64,000 nucleotides of DNA from Escherichia coli (GCF_001677475.2 NZ_CP015229.1); one strand, 5' to 3'; numbered from the stretch's first letter, positions 13,804 to 26,816 are shown. The notes: generated by a model from the sequence alone, not told the origin. Program-made: numbers and translations.

Positions 13804-16305
13804 TTAATGACAAGGTAAAATCAGGCGATTTGCGGTGTCTTCCATATGTTCAGGAAGATGGATCGAGCAACGCTGGCTATCACCCCAGACCACGGTAAAT
13901 TGTTGATTTTCAGCGACTCCACTTAACCAGGCGTGTCCTTCCTCGCCAACCATCCCCACGCTAATGCCGCTATCATTCTGACGGATATCCGCACCGAGGG
14001 GAGGGAACTGACCGCTGGCGTTGCGAATGATGACGTTAACGTTATTACCGGAACGGGAAGCCAGCGATTTGTAACCTATCGCGCCTTCAATCCACGTTTC
14101 TTTGATAACGTTTTCTGCCACTGTTACGCCGTCGGGTAAGTCATTCATGTTCACCGCCACGGTGGAAGGCTGATAACTGGAAATCAACGGCACCACCGCA
14201 ATGCCAAAATGGTTGGTGTAGTCGAGATTGCCCTGAACCGGAATATCTGCCACGCCATCGGTACTGACCATCAGACGTGGTTCATTGGTGGAGCTGCGAC
14301 GATGGAACGCCGCACCATATTGAGTTGCCGTGAAAGAACCGCTCCAGCTGCTGCTGACGGAACTGTAATCATTGGCGGCATAGGTACCAGAAATATCCCA
14401 CTCACCCGCTGAACTCAGGTGCTGATAGTTACCGCTCACCTGGGCGCCATTGTCAGGACGGTCGGATTGCAGCCCGGCAGACATGCCCCAGCTATTACGT
14501 TCATCCAGCGTATCGTTCCACGACATGCGGTGCGTGGTGCTGTTACTACTGTTTTGCATGTCATAGCCGACTCGACCACCGTTACCGACAGGTAATGAAA
14601 TCGACAGGTAAATCTGGTTGTCGCGATCTTTGTCTTCGTAGTGGGTTGTGTTGAATGACGTCGAGATCGATATATCTTTCCAGTCACCGATATCAATATT
14701 AAAACCTGCCGTTATGTTGGCGGTCGTGGAGGTATTTGCGTTCCACCAGGTCTGATGTAACAGGTTGGCGTACAGGTTGAGGTTCAGAGGGGTTATCGGT
14801 TGGCCTACTGATAAGCTGATCGTCTGTTTTTCGTCTTGTGCATCGTTGTCGTTGTATTTGTGATCCAGATAGTTGGCGTAGCTGTGAAAATGACGATCGG
14901 AGAAGCGATAAGCAGCGAGTGAAATCGTACTATTTGTGGCGTCCACTTGTTTGCTGTAATTGAAACGGTAGCTTAAGCCCCGCTCGTCCTGCTGGGTATC
15001 AAATTGGCTACTGGCCCAGGTGACATCAAACGACAATGCACCAAGCCAGAGTATATTTTGCCCGATACCCATTGCGGCAGAATGGTAGTCGTCACCCGAA
15101 ATCAGCAGGCCGCCGTACAGCGAGGTATTTGACAGCATCCCCCAGGAAACTTCATTGCTAAAAAAGGTTTCATTTTCAGTTTGATGAGACATAGATGTTC
15201 GCGGCTGACCGGCAGCAAGTTTATAGCGAACCTGCCCCTGACGCGTAAGGAAAGGCGTCGATGCTGCCGAAACCTGGAAATTCTTCACCCGACCATCTTC
15301 TTCCGTCACTTTGACATCCAGCGTACCCTGGACGGACTGATTAAGGTCATCAATAATAAACGGGCCTGGCGGGACTTTTTTCTGATAAATAACTCGCCCC
15401 GAATGACTTACGGTGACAGTGGCGTTGGTTTGCGCGATACCGCTGATTTGTGGGGCGTAGCCGCGTAGCTCCCACGGTAACATCCGATCGTCACTTGCCA
15501 GTGCCGCGCCGGTATAAGAAAAGCCGTCGAAAATATTGGAACTGAAATCCGTTTCACCAAGGGTTAATTTTGAACCTAATTGCGGTAATGGACGAAAAAG
15601 ATAGGTGCGTGATATTTCGCCTGACTGTTCATGGTTATCATCGCTATCGGTCTGATTCAATTGGTAATCACTGCGTAAACGCCATGCTCCCGCGTTAATT
15701 CCGGCTGTTCCATAGGCGTTCAGGTTAGTGCTGTTGCTACCATCCTGTGGGCGGTAGCTGCTTGCAAACAGGTTGTAGTCCATCAGGACGCCGGCGACAC
15801 CCTCTTTCCATGTTGAGGGGGGAGTCCAGTTATCTGAGTGCCACGCCAGCCAGGCTTGTGGAATAGTGATATTCAGTTGCTGGCTAGCCTGATCAAAAAT
15901 GAAGAGAATTTCAGGCCGGGAGCTAAAATCGACGCACTGGTTTAACCGTGGTAACGACTGACGAACTTCAGGTTTTAAACCAAATTTATCTACCAGTAAA
16001 TCATTAATACACGGAATGGTTTGGTCACCGTTCTTTTTCCAGTCAATTTTTTGTCCGTTACTGATTTGGTTGTTATTTACTGCAACGCTAACAAAATATT
16101 CACCGGGAACAATGCCCCCTTTTTCCTTTAATAATGAAATATCAATGCGATCTCGCATCGATTTATCGAGGACATTCAGGTTGAATTCGACCGCCAATGC
16201 GGAAGGCATCGCCATGACCAGGCAGGATATAAAAGAGAGTCGATAAATATTCACGGTGTCCATACCTGATAAATATTTGAAGAAAGGCGACGATGACGCC
16301 GCCAA
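13804..16305 (-). CDS. ybgQ: outer-membrane fimbrial usher
   Basis: 833-aa ORF (true start probably an internal Met), usher family; synteny. Confidence 0.88.
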   Translation of the reverse strand: MAASSSPFFKYLSGMDTVNIYRLSFISCLVMAMPSALAVEFNLNVLDKSMRDRIDISLLKEKGGIVPGEYFVSVAVNNNQISNGQKIDWKKNGDQTIPCINDLLVDKFGLKPEVRQSLPRLNQCVDFSSRPEILFIFDQASQQLNITIPQAWLAWHSDNWTPPSTWKEGVAGVLMDYNLFASSYRPQDGSNSTNLNAYGTAGINAGAWRLRSDYQLNQTDSDDNHEQSGEISRTYLFRPLPQLGSKLTLGETDFSSNIFDGFSYTGAALASDDRMLPWELRGYAPQISGIAQTNATVTVSHSGRVIYQKKVPPGPFIIDDLNQSVQGTLDVKVTEEDGRVKNFQVSAASTPFLTRQGQVRYKLAAGQPRTSMSHQTENETFFSNEVSWGMLSNTSLYGGLLISGDDYHSAAMGIGQNILWLGALSFDVTWASSQFDTQQDERGLSYRFNYSKQVDATNSTISLAAYRFSDRHFHSYANYLDHKYNDNDAQDEKQTISLSVGQPITPLNLNLYANLLHQTWWNANTSTTANITAGFNIDIGDWKDISISTSFNTTHYEDKDRDNQIYLSISLPVGNGGRVGYDMQNSSNSTTHRMSWNDTLDERNSWGMSAGLQSDRPDNGAQVSGNYQHLSSAGEWDISGTYAANDYSSVSSSWSGSFTATQYGAAFHRRSSTNEPRLMVSTDGVADIPVQGNLDYTNHFGIAVVPLISSYQPSTVAVNMNDLPDGVTVAENVIKETWIEGAIGYKSLASRSGNNVNVIIRNASGQFPPLGADIRQNDSGISVGMVGEEGHAWLSGVAENQQFTVVWGDSQRCSIHLPEHMEDTANRLILPCH

Positions 16306-16313
16306 AGTGATAC

Positions 16314-16880
16314 TTATTTATAATCCAGTACGTAGGTCGCATTCGCCGTAACTGCGCCTGGTGTTACGGGCGTAGCCTGATCAATTTGTTCCATCCACGC
16401 AAAGAAATTTAACGTTTGTTCGCTGGAGGTTGGTGCCAGGTCGATATCTGGAGTAGCGTTGCCTAAAACGATATTGGTTTGATCTTTATTCATTAAACGC
16501 ACGCCGACACCAGTCGCTTCACCCGTGCTGGTGTTGTTGAGAATCGGATCTGCGCCGGTGGTTTTCGCTGAGCTGTCAAAGGTGACTGCAACTTTAGAAA
16601 TCTTGCCGCCGGAACCGTTGTTAGAGTTTTCCAGATCGCAGTTGACTAAGCGCAGGTCGACAGCAACGGCATCGCTGTGATGCGACTGATTAATGTGGCT
16701 GGTGGTCACCTGACCGAGTTCAACCTCTTTATCAATATCATCCTGATGTATTTCACACGGTGCTTCAATAACTTCACCTTTAAAGTGAATTTCACCGGAT
16801 CCTTCATCAGCCGCATAAACAGGTGCAGTGAACAGCAGAGATACGGCCAGTGCGGCCAATGTTTTTTGTCCTTTAAACAT
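16314..16880 (-). CDS. ybgD: fimbrial major subunit
   Basis: 188-aa protein from Met at 16880 (MFKGQKTLAALAVSLLFTAPVYA signal peptide); track ORF extends to 16967. Confidence 0.85.
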   Translation of the reverse strand: MFKGQKTLAALAVSLLFTAPVYAADEGSGEIHFKGEVIEAPCEIHQDDIDKEVELGQVTTSHINQSHHSDAVAVDLRLVNCDLENSNNGSGGKISKVAVTFDSSAKTTGADPILNNTSTGEATGVGVRLMNKDQTNIVLGNATPDIDLAPTSSEQTLNFFAWMEQIDQATPVTPGAVTANATYVLDYK

Positions 16881-17268
16881 AGCTGAGTCCTTTAAATAAT
16901 GAGATAGAGTGTTGCGAGGCAAGAATATATTAACTGACAGTTGAATGTATTTGGTTTTATTTAACAATATTAAAAAGCTTGTTATATAAAGAATGGAATA
17001 ATTGAGTGCATAAATTTATTGTTTAATGAGATGAAGGATGGGGGGGATGGATATGCATAATTTTCATTGGGTTAACAATGCTACCGGCAGGAAAGTATAA
17101 AAATAAACTTATCATTCTGCTCAGTATGTGACTTGTCATATTTTTTCACCTTATTAATGGGTATTTGCATCTGGTTTAATTTTTACAATTTATTATGTTC
17201 AGCCATATAAAAAAGAACCCGCTCTATTAAAGGCGGGTCCGGAAAGTAAACGGCTTAGCAATCAACCA

Positions 17269-18552
17269 TTAACGCTTGATATCGCTTTTAAAGTCGCGTT
17301 TTTCATATCCTGTATACAGCTGACGCGGACGGGCAATCTTCATACCGTCACTGTGCATTTCGCTCCAGTGGGCGATCCAGCCAACGGTACGTGCCATTGC
17401 GAAAATGACGGTGAACATGGAAGACGGAATACCCATCGCTTTCAGGATGATACCAGAGTAGAAATCGACGTTCGGGTACAGTTTCTTCTCGATAAAGTAC
17501 GGGTCGTTCAGCGCGATGTTTTCCAGCTCCATAGCCACTTCCAGCAGGTCATCCTTCGTGCCCAGCTCTTTCAGCACTTCATGGCAGGTTTCACGCATTA
17601 CGGTGGCGCGCGGGTCGTAATTTTTGTATACGCGGTGACCGAAGCCCATCAGGCGGAAAGAATCATTTTTATCTTTCGCACGACGAACAAATTCCGGAAT
17701 GTGTTTAACGGAGCTGATTTCTTCCAGCATTTTCAGCGCCGCTTCGTTAGCACCACCGTGCGCAGGTCCCCACAGTGAAGCAATACCTGCTGCGATACAG
17801 GCAAACGGGTTCGCACCCGAAGAGCCAGCGGTACGCACGGTGGAGGTGGAGGCGTTCTGTTCATGGTCAGCGTGCAGGATCAGAATACGGTCCATAGCAC
17901 GTTCCAGAATCGGATTAACTTCATACGGTTCACACGGCGTGGAGAACATCATATTCAGGAAGTTACCGGCATAGGAGAGATCGTTGCGCGGGTAAACAAA
18001 TGGCTGACCAATGGAATACTTGTAACACATCGCGGCCATTGTCGGCATTTTCGACAGCAGGCGGAACGCGGCAATTTCACGATGACGAGGATTGTTAACA
18101 TCCAGCGAGTCGTGATAGAACGCCGCCAGCGCGCCGGTAATACCACACATGACTGCCATTGGATGCGAGTCACGACGGAAAGCATGGAACAGACGGGTAA
18201 TCTGCTCGTGGATCATGGTATGACGGGTCACCGTAGTTTTAAATTCGTCATACTGTTCCTGCGTCGGTTTTTCACCATTCAGCAGGATGTAACAAACTTC
18301 CAGGTAGTTAGAATCGGTCGCCAGCTGATCGATCGGGAAACCGCGGTGCAGCAAAATACCTTCATCACCATCAATAAAAGTAATTTTAGATTCGCAGGAT
18401 GCGGTTGAAGTGAAGCCTGGGTCAAAGGTGAACACACCTTTTGAACCGAGAGTACGGATATCAATAACATCTTGACCCAGCGTGCCTTTCAGCACATCCA
18501 GTTCAACAGCTGTGTCCCCGTTGAGGGTGAGTTTTGCTTTTGTATCAGCCAT
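17269..18552 (-). CDS. gltA: citrate synthase
   Basis: 427-aa [16 protein letters not shown]... N-terminus. Confidence 0.97.
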   Translation of the reverse strand: MADTKAKLTLNGDTAVELDVLKGTLGQDVIDIRTLGSKGVFTFDPGFTSTASCESKITFIDGDEGILLHRGFPIDQLATDSNYLEVCYILLNGEKPTQEQYDEFKTTVTRHTMIHEQITRLFHAFRRDSHPMAVMCGITGALAAFYHDSLDVNNPRHREIAAFRLLSKMPTMAAMCYKYSIGQPFVYPRNDLSYAGNFLNMMFSTPCEPYEVNPILERAMDRILILHADHEQNASTSTVRTAGSSGANPFACIAAGIASLWGPAHGGANEAALKMLEEISSVKHIPEFVRRAKDKNDSFRLMGFGHRVYKNYDPRATVMRETCHEVLKELGTKDDLLEVAMELENIALNDPYFIEKKLYPNVDFYSGIILKAMGIPSSMFTVIFAMARTVGWIAHWSEMHSDGMKIARPRQLYTGYEKRDFKSDIKR

Positions 18553-19260
18553 TTAAGGTCTCCTTAGCGCCTTATTGCGTAAGACTGCCGGAACTTAAAT
18601 TTGCCTTCGCACATCAACCTGGCTTTACCCGTTTTTTATTTGGCTCGCCGCTCTGTGAAAGAGGGGAAAACCTGGGTACAGAGCTCTGGGCGCTTGCAGG
18701 TAAAGGATCCATTGATGACGAATAAATGGCGAATCAAGTACTTAGCAATCCGAATTATTAAACTTGTCTACCACTAATAACTGTCCCGAATGAATTGGTC
18801 AATACTTCCACACTGTTACATAAGTTAATCTTAGGTGAAATACCGACTTCATAACTTTTACGCATTATATGCTTTTCCTAGTAATGTTTGTAACAACTTT
18901 GTTGAATGATTGTCAAATTAGATGATTAAAAATTAAATAAATGTTGTTATCGTGACCTGGATCACTGTTCAGGATAAAACCAGACAAACTATATGTAGGT
19001 TAATTGTAATGATTTTGTGAACAGCCTATACTGCCGCCAGGTCTCCGGAACACCCTGCAATCCCGAGCCACCCAGCGTTGTAACGTGTCGTTTTCGCATC
19101 TGGAAGCAGTGTTTTGCATGACGCGCAGTTATAGAAAGGACGCTGTCTGACCCGCAAGCAGACCGGAGGAAGGAAATCCCGACGTCTCCAGGTAACAGAA
19201 AGTTAACCTCTGTGCCCGTAGTCCCCAGGGAATAATAAGAACAGCATGTGGGCGTTATTC
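18553..19260. promoter_or_regulatory. gltA-sdhC divergent promoter/regulatory region
   Basis: ~700-bp AT-rich non-coding spacer between divergent gltA and sdhC; in K-12 this region carries multiple promoters and ArcA/CRP/Fnr control (established knowledge, individual sites not mapped here). Confidence 0.7.
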
Positions 19261-19650
19261 ATGATAAGAAATGTGAAAAAACAAAGACCTGTTAATCTGG
19301 ACCTACAGACCATCCGGTTCCCCGTCACGGCGATAGCGTCCATTCTCCATCGCGTTTCCGGTGTGATCACCTTTGTTGCAGTGGGCATCCTGCTGTGGCT
19401 TCTGGGTACCAGCCTCTCTTCCCCTGAAGGTTTCGAGCAAGCTTCCGCGATTATGGGCAGCTTCTTCGTCAAATTTATCATGTGGGGCATCCTTACCGCT
19501 CTGGCGTATCACGTCGTCGTAGGTATTCGCCACATGATGATGGATTTTGGCTATCTGGAAGAAACATTCGAAGCGGGTAAACGCTCCGCCAAAATCTCCT
19601 TTGTTATTACTGTCGTGCTTTCACTTCTCGCAGGAGTCCTCGTATGGTAA
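19261..19650 (+). CDS. sdhC: succinate dehydrogenase cytochrome b556 subunit
   Basis: 129 aa from MIRNVKK; track ORF begins 15 nt upstream. Confidence 0.95.
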
Positions 19651-19991
19651 GCAACGCCTCCGCATTAGGACGCAATGGCGTACATGATTTCATCCTCGTT
19701 CGCGCTACCGCTATCGTCCTGACGCTCTACATCATTTATATGGTCGGTTTTTTCGCTACCAGTGGCGAGCTGACATATGAAGTCTGGATCGGTTTCTTCG
19801 CCTCTGCGTTCACCAAAGTGTTCACCCTGCTGGCGCTGTTTTCTATCTTGATCCATGCCTGGATCGGCATGTGGCAGGTGTTGACCGACTACGTTAAACC
19901 GCTGGCTTTGCGCCTGATGCTGCAACTGGTGATTGTCGTTGCACTGGTGGTTTACGTGATTTATGGATTCGTTGTGGTGTGGGGTGTGTGA
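19644..19991 (+). CDS. sdhD: succinate dehydrogenase membrane anchor subunit
   Basis: 115-aa ORF, overlaps sdhC and sdhA. Confidence 0.95.
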
Positions 19992-21757
19992 TGAAATTGC
20001 CAGTCAGAGAATTTGATGCAGTTGTGATTGGTGCCGGCGGCGCAGGTATGCGCGCGGCGCTGCAAATTTCCCAGAGCGGCCAGACCTGTGCGCTGCTCTC
20101 TAAAGTCTTCCCGACCCGTTCCCATACCGTTTCTGCGCAAGGCGGCATTACCGTTGCGCTGGGTAATACCCATGAAGATAACTGGGAATGGCATATGTAC
20201 GACACCGTAAAAGGGTCGGACTATATCGGTGACCAGGACGCGATTGAATATATGTGTAAAACCGGGCCGGAAGCGATTCTGGAACTGGAGCACATGGGCC
20301 TGCCATTCTCGCGTCTTGATGATGGTCGTATCTATCAACGTCCGTTTGGCGGTCAGTCGAAAAACTTCGGCGGCGAGCAGGCGGCACGTACTGCGGCGGC
20401 TGCTGACCGTACCGGTCACGCACTGTTGCACACCCTTTATCAGCAGAACCTGAAAAACCACACCACCATTTTCTCCGAGTGGTATGCGCTGGATCTGGTG
20501 AAAAACCAGGATGGCGCGGTGGTCGGTTGTACCGCACTGTGCATCGAAACTGGTGAAGTGGTTTACTTCAAAGCTCGCGCTACCGTGCTGGCGACTGGCG
20601 GGGCAGGGCGTATTTATCAGTCCACTACCAACGCCCACATTAACACTGGCGACGGCGTCGGCATGGCTATCCGTGCAGGCGTACCAGTGCAGGATATGGA
20701 AATGTGGCAGTTCCACCCGACTGGTATTGCCGGTGCGGGCGTACTGGTCACCGAAGGGTGCCGTGGTGAAGGCGGTTATCTGCTGAACAAACATGGCGAA
20801 CGCTTTATGGAGCGTTATGCGCCGAACGCCAAAGACCTGGCGGGCCGTGACGTGGTGGCGCGTTCCATCATGATTGAAATCCGTGAAGGTCGCGGCTGTG
20901 ATGGTCCGTGGGGGCCACACGCAAAACTGAAACTTGACCACCTGGGTAAAGAAGTTCTCGAATCCCGTCTGCCGGGTATCCTGGAACTCTCCCGTACCTT
21001 CGCTCACGTCGATCCGGTGAAAGAGCCGATTCCGGTTATCCCAACCTGTCACTACATGATGGGCGGTATTCCGACCAAAGTGACCGGTCAGGCGCTGACT
21101 GTGAACGAGAAAGGCGAAGATGTGGTTGTTCCGGGGCTGTTTGCCGTTGGTGAAATCGCTTGTGTATCGGTACACGGCGCTAACCGTCTGGGCGGCAACT
21201 CGCTGCTGGACCTGGTGGTCTTTGGTCGCGCAGCGGGTCTGCATCTGCAAGAGTCTATCGCCGAGCAGGGCGCACTGCGCGATGCCAGCGAGTCTGATGT
21301 TGAAGCGTCTCTGGATCGTCTGAACCGCTGGAACAACAACCGTAACGGTGAAGATCCGGTGGCGATCCGTAAAGCGCTGCAAGAATGTATGCAGCATAAC
21401 TTCTCGGTCTTCCGTGAAGGTGATGCGATGGCGAAAGGGCTTGAGCAGTTGAAAGTGATCCGCGAGCGTCTGAAAAATGCCCGTCTGGATGACACTTCCA
21501 GCGAGTTCAACACCCAGCGCGTTGAGTGCCTGGAACTGGATAACCTGATGGAAACGGCGTATGCAACGGCTGTTTCTGCCAACTTCCGTACCGAAAGCCG
21601 TGGCGCGCATAGCCGCTTCGACTTCCCGGATCGTGATGATGAAAACTGGCTGTGCCACTCCCTGTATCTGCCTGAGTCGGAATCCATGACGCGCCGAAGC
21701 GTCAACATGGAACCGAAACTGCGCCCGGCATTCCCGCCGAAGATTCGTACTTACTAA
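19991..21757 (+). CDS. sdhA: succinate dehydrogenase flavoprotein subunit
   Basis: 588 aa from [19 protein letters not shown] (FAD-binding). Confidence 0.97.
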   Translation: MKLPVREFDAVVIGAGGAGMRAALQISQSGQTCALLSKVFPTRSHTVSAQGGITVALGNTHEDNWEWHMYDTVKGSDYIGDQDAIEYMCKTGPEAILELEHMGLPFSRLDDGRIYQRPFGGQSKNFGGEQAARTAAAADRTGHALLHTLYQQNLKNHTTIFSEWYALDLVKNQDGAVVGCTALCIETGEVVYFKARATVLATGGAGRIYQSTTNAHINTGDGVGMAIRAGVPVQDMEMWQFHPTGIAGAGVLVTEGCRGEGGYLLNKHGERFMERYAPNAKDLAGRDVVARSIMIEIREGRGCDGPWGPHAKLKLDHLGKEVLESRLPGILELSRTFAHVDPVKEPIPVIPTCHYMMGGIPTKVTGQALTVNEKGEDVVVPGLFAVGEIACVSVHGANRLGGNSLLDLVVFGRAAGLHLQESIAEQGALRDASESDVEASLDRLNRWNNNRNGEDPVAIRKALQECMQHNFSVFREGDAMAKGLEQLKVIRERLKNARLDDTSSEFNTQRVECLELDNLMETAYATAVSANFRTESRGAHSRFDFPDRDDENWLCHSLYLPESESMTRRSVNMEPKLRPAFPPKIRTY

Positions 21758-21772
21758 TGCGGAGACAGGAAA

Positions 21773-22489
21773 ATGAGACTCGAGTTTTCAATTTATCGCT
21801 ATAACCCGGATGTTGATGATGCTCCGCGTATGCAGGATTACACCCTGGAAGCGGAAGAAGGTCGTGACATGATGCTGCTGGATGCGCTTATCCAGCTGAA
21901 AGAGAAAGATCCCAGCCTGTCGTTCCGTCGCTCCTGCCGTGAAGGTGTGTGCGGTTCCGACGGTCTGAACATGAACGGCAAGAATGGTCTGGCCTGTATT
22001 ACCCCGATTTCGGCACTCAACCAGCCGGGCAAGAAGATTGTGATTCGCCCACTGCCAGGTTTACCGGTGATCCGTGATTTGGTGGTAGACATGGGACAAT
22101 TCTATGCGCAATATGAGAAAATTAAGCCTTACCTGTTGAATAATGGACAAAATCCGCCAGCTCGCGAGCATTTACAGATGCCAGAGCAGCGCGAAAAACT
22201 CGACGGGCTGTATGAATGTATTCTCTGCGCATGTTGTTCAACCTCTTGTCCGTCTTTCTGGTGGAATCCCGATAAGTTTATCGGCCCGGCAGGCTTGTTA
22301 GCGGCATATCGTTTCCTGATCGATAGCCGTGATACCGAGACTGACAGCCGCCTCGACGGTTTGAGCGATGCATTCAGTGTATTCCGCTGTCACAGCATCA
22401 TGAACTGCGTCAGTGTATGTCCGAAGGGGCTGAACCCGACGCGCGCCATCGGCCATATCAAGTCGATGTTGTTGCAACGTAATGCGTAA
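21773..22489 (+). CDS. sdhB: succinate dehydrogenase iron-sulfur subunit
   Basis: 238-aa ORF with Cys clusters for three Fe-S centres. Confidence 0.97.
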   Translation: MRLEFSIYRYNPDVDDAPRMQDYTLEAEEGRDMMLLDALIQLKEKDPSLSFRRSCREGVCGSDGLNMNGKNGLACITPISALNQPGKKIVIRPLPGLPVIRDLVVDMGQFYAQYEKIKPYLLNNGQNPPAREHLQMPEQREKLDGLYECILCACCSTSCPSFWWNPDKFIGPAGLLAAYRFLIDSRDTETDSRLDGLSDAFSVFRCHSIMNCVSVCPKGLNPTRAIGHIKSMLLQRNA

Positions 22490-22689
22490 TTAAATGTTGA
22501 TGCCGGGGAAATCCCCCGGCTATTCAGGAAATCTTTAAAAACTGCCCCTGACACTAAGACAGTTTTTAAAGGTTCCTTCGCGAGCCACTACGTAGACAAG
22601 AGCTCGCAAGTGAACCCCGGCACGCACATCACTGTGCGTGGTAGTATCCACGGCGAAGTAAGCATAAAAAAGATGCTTAAGGGATCACG

Positions 22690-25491
22690 ATGCAGAACAG
22701 CGCTTTGAAAGCCTGGTTGGACTCTTCTTACCTCTCTGGCGCAAACCAGAGCTGGATAGAACAGCTCTATGAAGACTTCTTAACCGATCCTGACTCGGTT
22801 GACGCTAACTGGCGTTCGACGTTCCAGCAGTTACCTGGTACGGGAGTCAAACCGGATCAATTCCACTCTCAAACGCGTGAATATTTCCGCCGCCTGGCGA
22901 AAGACGCTTCACGTTACTCTTCAACGATCTCCGACCCTGACACCAATGTGAAGCAGGTTAAAGTCCTGCAGCTCATTAACGCATACCGCTTCCGTGGTCA
23001 CCAGCATGCGAATCTCGATCCGCTGGGACTGTGGCAGCAAGATAAAGTGGCCGATCTGGATCCGTCTTTCCACGATCTGACCGAAGCAGACTTCCAGGAG
23101 ACCTTCAACGTCGGTTCATTTGCCAGCGGCAAAGAAACCATGAAACTCGGCGAACTGCTGGAAGCACTCAAGCAAACCTACTGCGGCCCGATTGGTGCCG
23201 AGTATATGCATATTACCAGCACCGAAGAAAAACGCTGGATCCAACAGCGTATCGAGTCTGGTCGAGCGACTTTCAATAGCGAAGAGAAAAAACGCTTCTT
23301 AAGCGAACTGACCGCCGCTGAAGGCCTTGAACGTTACCTCGGTGCAAAATTCCCTGGTGCAAAACGCTTCTCGCTGGAAGGCGGTGACGCGTTAATCCCG
23401 ATGCTTAAAGAGATGATCCGCCACGCTGGCAACAGCGGCACCCGCGAAGTGGTTCTCGGGATGGCGCACCGTGGTCGTCTGAACGTGCTGGTGAACGTGC
23501 TGGGTAAAAAACCGCAAGACTTGTTCGACGAGTTTGCCGGTAAACATAAAGAACACCTCGGCACGGGTGACGTGAAATACCACATGGGCTTCTCGTCTGA
23601 CTTCCAGACCGATGGCGGCCTGGTACACCTGGCGCTGGCGTTTAACCCGTCTCACCTTGAGATTGTCAGCCCGGTAGTTATCGGTTCTGTTCGTGCCCGT
23701 CTGGACAGACTCGATGAGCCGAGCAGCAACAAAGTGCTGCCAATCACCATCCACGGTGACGCCGCAGTGACCGGGCAGGGCGTGGTTCAGGAAACTCTGA
23801 ACATGTCGAAAGCGCGTGGTTATGAAGTTGGCGGTACGGTACGTATCGTTATCAACAACCAGGTTGGCTTCACCACCTCTAATCCGCTGGATGCTCGTTC
23901 TACACCGTACTGTACTGATATCGGTAAGATGGTTCAGGCACCGATTTTCCACGTAAACGCGGATGATCCGGAAGCCGTTGCCTTTGTGACCCGTCTGGCG
24001 CTCGATTTCCGTAACACCTTTAAACGTGATGTCTTCATCGACCTGGTGTGCTACCGCCGTCACGGCCACAACGAAGCCGACGAGCCGAGCGCAACCCAGC
24101 CGCTGATGTATCAGAAAATCAAAAAACATCCGACACCGCGCAAAATCTACGCTGACAAGCTGGAGCAGGAAAAAGTGGCGACGCTGGAAGATGCCACCGA
24201 GATGGTTAACCTGTACCGCGATGCGCTGGATGCTGGCGATTGCGTGGTAGCAGAGTGGCGTCCGATGAACATGCACTCTTTCACCTGGTCGCCGTACCTC
24301 AACCACGAATGGGACGAAGAGTACCCGAACAAAGTTGAGATGAAGCGCCTGCAGGAACTGGCTAAACGCATCAGTACGGTGCCGGAAGCAGTTGAAATGC
24401 AGTCTCGCGTTGCCAAGATTTATGGCGATCGCCAGGCAATGGCAGCCGGTGAGAAACTGTTCGACTGGGGCGGTGCGGAAAACCTCGCTTACGCCACGCT
24501 GGTTGATGAAGGCATTCCGGTTCGCCTGTCGGGTGAAGACTCCGGTCGCGGTACGTTCTTCCACCGCCACGCGGTGATCCACAACCAGTCTAACGGTTCC
24601 ACTTACACGCCGCTGCAACACATCCATAACGGTCAGGGCGCGTTCCGTGTCTGGGACTCCGTACTGTCTGAAGAAGCCGTGCTGGCGTTTGAATACGGTT
24701 ATGCCACCGCAGAACCACGCACCCTGACTATCTGGGAAGCGCAGTTCGGTGACTTCGCTAACGGTGCTCAGGTGGTTATCGACCAGTTCATCTCCTCTGG
24801 CGAACAGAAATGGGGCCGGATGTGTGGTCTGGTGATGTTGCTGCCGCACGGTTACGAAGGGCAGGGGCCGGAGCACTCCTCCGCGCGTCTGGAACGTTAT
24901 CTGCAACTTTGCGCTGAGCAAAACATGCAGGTGTGCGTACCGTCTACCCCGGCACAGGTTTACCACATGCTGCGTCGTCAGGCGCTGCGCGGGATGCGTC
25001 GTCCGCTGGTCGTGATGTCGCCGAAATCCCTGCTGCGTCATCCGCTGGCGGTTTCCAGCCTCGAAGAACTGGCGAACGGCACCTTCCTGCCAGCCATCGG
25101 TGAAATCGACGAGCTTGATCCGAAGGGCGTGAAGCGCGTGGTGATGTGTTCTGGTAAGGTTTATTACGACCTGCTGGAACAACGTCGTAAGAACAATCAA
25201 CACGATGTCGCCATTGTGCGTATCGAGCAACTCTACCCGTTCCCGCATAAAGCGATGCAGGAAGTGTTGCAGCAGTTTGCTCACGTCAAGGATTTTGTCT
25301 GGTGCCAGGAAGAGCCGCTCAATCAGGGCGCATGGTACTGCAGCCAGCATCATTTCCGTGAAGTGATTCCGTTTGGGGCTTCTCTGCGTTATGCAGGCCG
25401 CCCGGCCTCCGCCTCTCCGGCGGTAGGGTATATGTCCGTTCACCAGAAACAGCAACAAGATCTGGTTAATGACGCGCTGAACGTCGAATAA
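22690..25491 (+). CDS. sucA: 2-oxoglutarate dehydrogenase E1 component
   Basis: 933-aa ORF. Confidence 0.97.
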   Translation: MQNSALKAWLDSSYLSGANQSWIEQLYEDFLTDPDSVDANWRSTFQQLPGTGVKPDQFHSQTREYFRRLAKDASRYSSTISDPDTNVKQVKVLQLINAYRFRGHQHANLDPLGLWQQDKVADLDPSFHDLTEADFQETFNVGSFASGKETMKLGELLEALKQTYCGPIGAEYMHITSTEEKRWIQQRIESGRATFNSEEKKRFLSELTAAEGLERYLGAKFPGAKRFSLEGGDALIPMLKEMIRHAGNSGTREVVLGMAHRGRLNVLVNVLGKKPQDLFDEFAGKHKEHLGTGDVKYHMGFSSDFQTDGGLVHLALAFNPSHLEIVSPVVIGSVRARLDRLDEPSSNKVLPITIHGDAAVTGQGVVQETLNMSKARGYEVGGTVRIVINNQVGFTTSNPLDARSTPYCTDIGKMVQAPIFHVNADDPEAVAFVTRLALDFRNTFKRDVFIDLVCYRRHGHNEADEPSATQPLMYQKIKKHPTPRKIYADKLEQEKVATLEDATEMVNLYRDALDAGDCVVAEWRPMNMHSFTWSPYLNHEWDEEYPNKVEMKRLQELAKRISTVPEAVEMQSRVAKIYGDRQAMAAGEKLFDWGGAENLAYATLVDEGIPVRLSGEDSGRGTFFHRHAVIHNQSNGSTYTPLQHIHNGQGAFRVWDSVLSEEAVLAFEYGYATAEPRTLTIWEAQFGDFANGAQVVIDQFISSGEQKWGRMCGLVMLLPHGYEGQGPEHSSARLERYLQLCAEQNMQVCVPSTPAQVYHMLRRQALRGMRRPLVVMSPKSLLRHPLAVSSLEELANGTFLPAIGEIDELDPKGVKRVVMCSGKVYYDLLEQRRKNNQHDVAIVRIEQLYPFPHKAMQEVLQQFAHVKDFVWCQEEPLNQGAWYCSQHHFREVIPFGASLRYAGRPASASPAVGYMSVHQKQQQDLVNDALNVE

Positions 25492-25505
25492 ATAAAGGAT
25501 ACACA

Positions 25506-26723
25506 ATGAGTAGCGTAGATATTCTGGTCCCTGACCTGCCTGAATCCGTAGCCGATGCCACCGTCGCAACCTGGCATAAAAAACCCGGCGACGCAGTCGT
25601 ACGTGATGAAGTGCTGGTAGAAATCGAAACTGACAAAGTGGTACTGGAAGTACCGGCATCAGCAGACGGCATTCTGGATGCGGTTCTGGAAGATGAAGGT
25701 ACAACGGTAACGTCTCGTCAGATCCTTGGTCGCCTGCGTGAAGGCAACAGCGCGGGTAAAGAAACCAGCGCCAAATCTGAAGAGAAAGCGTCCACTCCGG
25801 CGCAACGCCAGCAGGCGTCTCTGGAAGAGCAAAACAACGATGCGTTAAGCCCGGCGATCCGTCGCCTGCTGGCTGAACACAACCTCGACGCCAGCGCCAT
25901 TAAAGGCACCGGTGTGGGTGGTCGTCTGACTCGTGAAGATGTGGAAAAACATCTGGCGAAAGCCCCGGCGAAAGAGTCTGCTCCGGCAGCGGCTGCTCCG
26001 GCGGCGCAACCGGCTCTGGCTGCACGTAGCGAAAAACGTGTCCCGATGACTCGCCTGCGTAAGCGTGTGGCAGAGCGTCTGCTTGAAGCGAAAAACTCCA
26101 CCGCTATGCTGACCACGTTCAACGAAGTCAACATGAAGCCGATTATGGATCTGCGTAAGCAGTACGGTGAAGCGTTTGAAAAACGTCATGGTATTCGTCT
26201 GGGCTTTATGTCCTTCTACGTGAAAGCGGTGGTTGAAGCCCTGAAACGTTACCCGGAAGTGAACGCGTCTATCGACGGCGATGATGTGGTTTACCACAAC
26301 TATTTCGACGTCAGCATGGCGGTTTCTACGCCGCGCGGCCTGGTGACGCCGGTACTGCGTGATGTCGATACCCTAGGCATGGCAGACATCGAGAAGAAAA
26401 TCAAAGAGCTGGCAGTTAAAGGCCGTGACGGCAAGCTGACGGTTGAAGATCTGACCGGTGGTAACTTCACCATCACCAACGGTGGTGTGTTCGGTTCCCT
26501 GATGTCTACGCCGATCATCAACCCGCCGCAGAGCGCAATTCTGGGTATGCACGCTATCAAAGATCGTCCGATGGCGGTGAATGGTCAGGTTGAGATCCTG
26601 CCGATGATGTACCTGGCGCTGTCCTACGATCACCGTCTGATCGATGGTCGCGAATCCGTGGGCTTCCTGGTAACGATCAAAGAGTTGCTGGAAGATCCGA
26701 CTCGTCTGCTGCTGGACGTGTAG
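25506..26723 (+). CDS. sucB: dihydrolipoyllysine-residue succinyltransferase (E2o)
   Basis: 405-aa ORF, lipoyl domain (ETDKV) and Ala/Pro linker. Confidence 0.97.
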
Positions 26724-26745
26724 TAGTTTAAGCTTCACCTGCACT

Positions 26746-26776
26746 GTAGACCGACGTGGATAGGGTGTCGGTCTAC
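26746..26776 (+). other. intercistronic stem-loop between sucB and sucC
   Basis: gtagaccgac / gtcggtctac perfect 10-bp inverted repeat. Confidence 0.5.
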
Positions 26777-26816
26777 GGTTTAAAAGATAACGATTACTGA
26801 AGGATGGACAGAACAC

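Noticed and set aside
22500-22689. Small hairpins in the sdhB-sucA spacer (e.g. cacgcaca-tcac-tgtgcgtg at ~22622-22641) as a novel regulatory RNA
   Set aside because: This spacer is a conserved internal promoter/processing region of the sdh-suc operon; nothing here deviates from what that role would need.
23392-25704. 770-aa ORF antisense to sucA, and similar long antisense ORFs opposite sdhA (19961..21658), sucC (26922..27653), cydA (45131..46069) and cydB (46196..47476)
   Set aside because: They lie entirely within highly conserved, confidently identified genes on the other strand; their translations are low-complexity and Arg/His-rich, typical of antisense frames in GC-balanced coding DNA.
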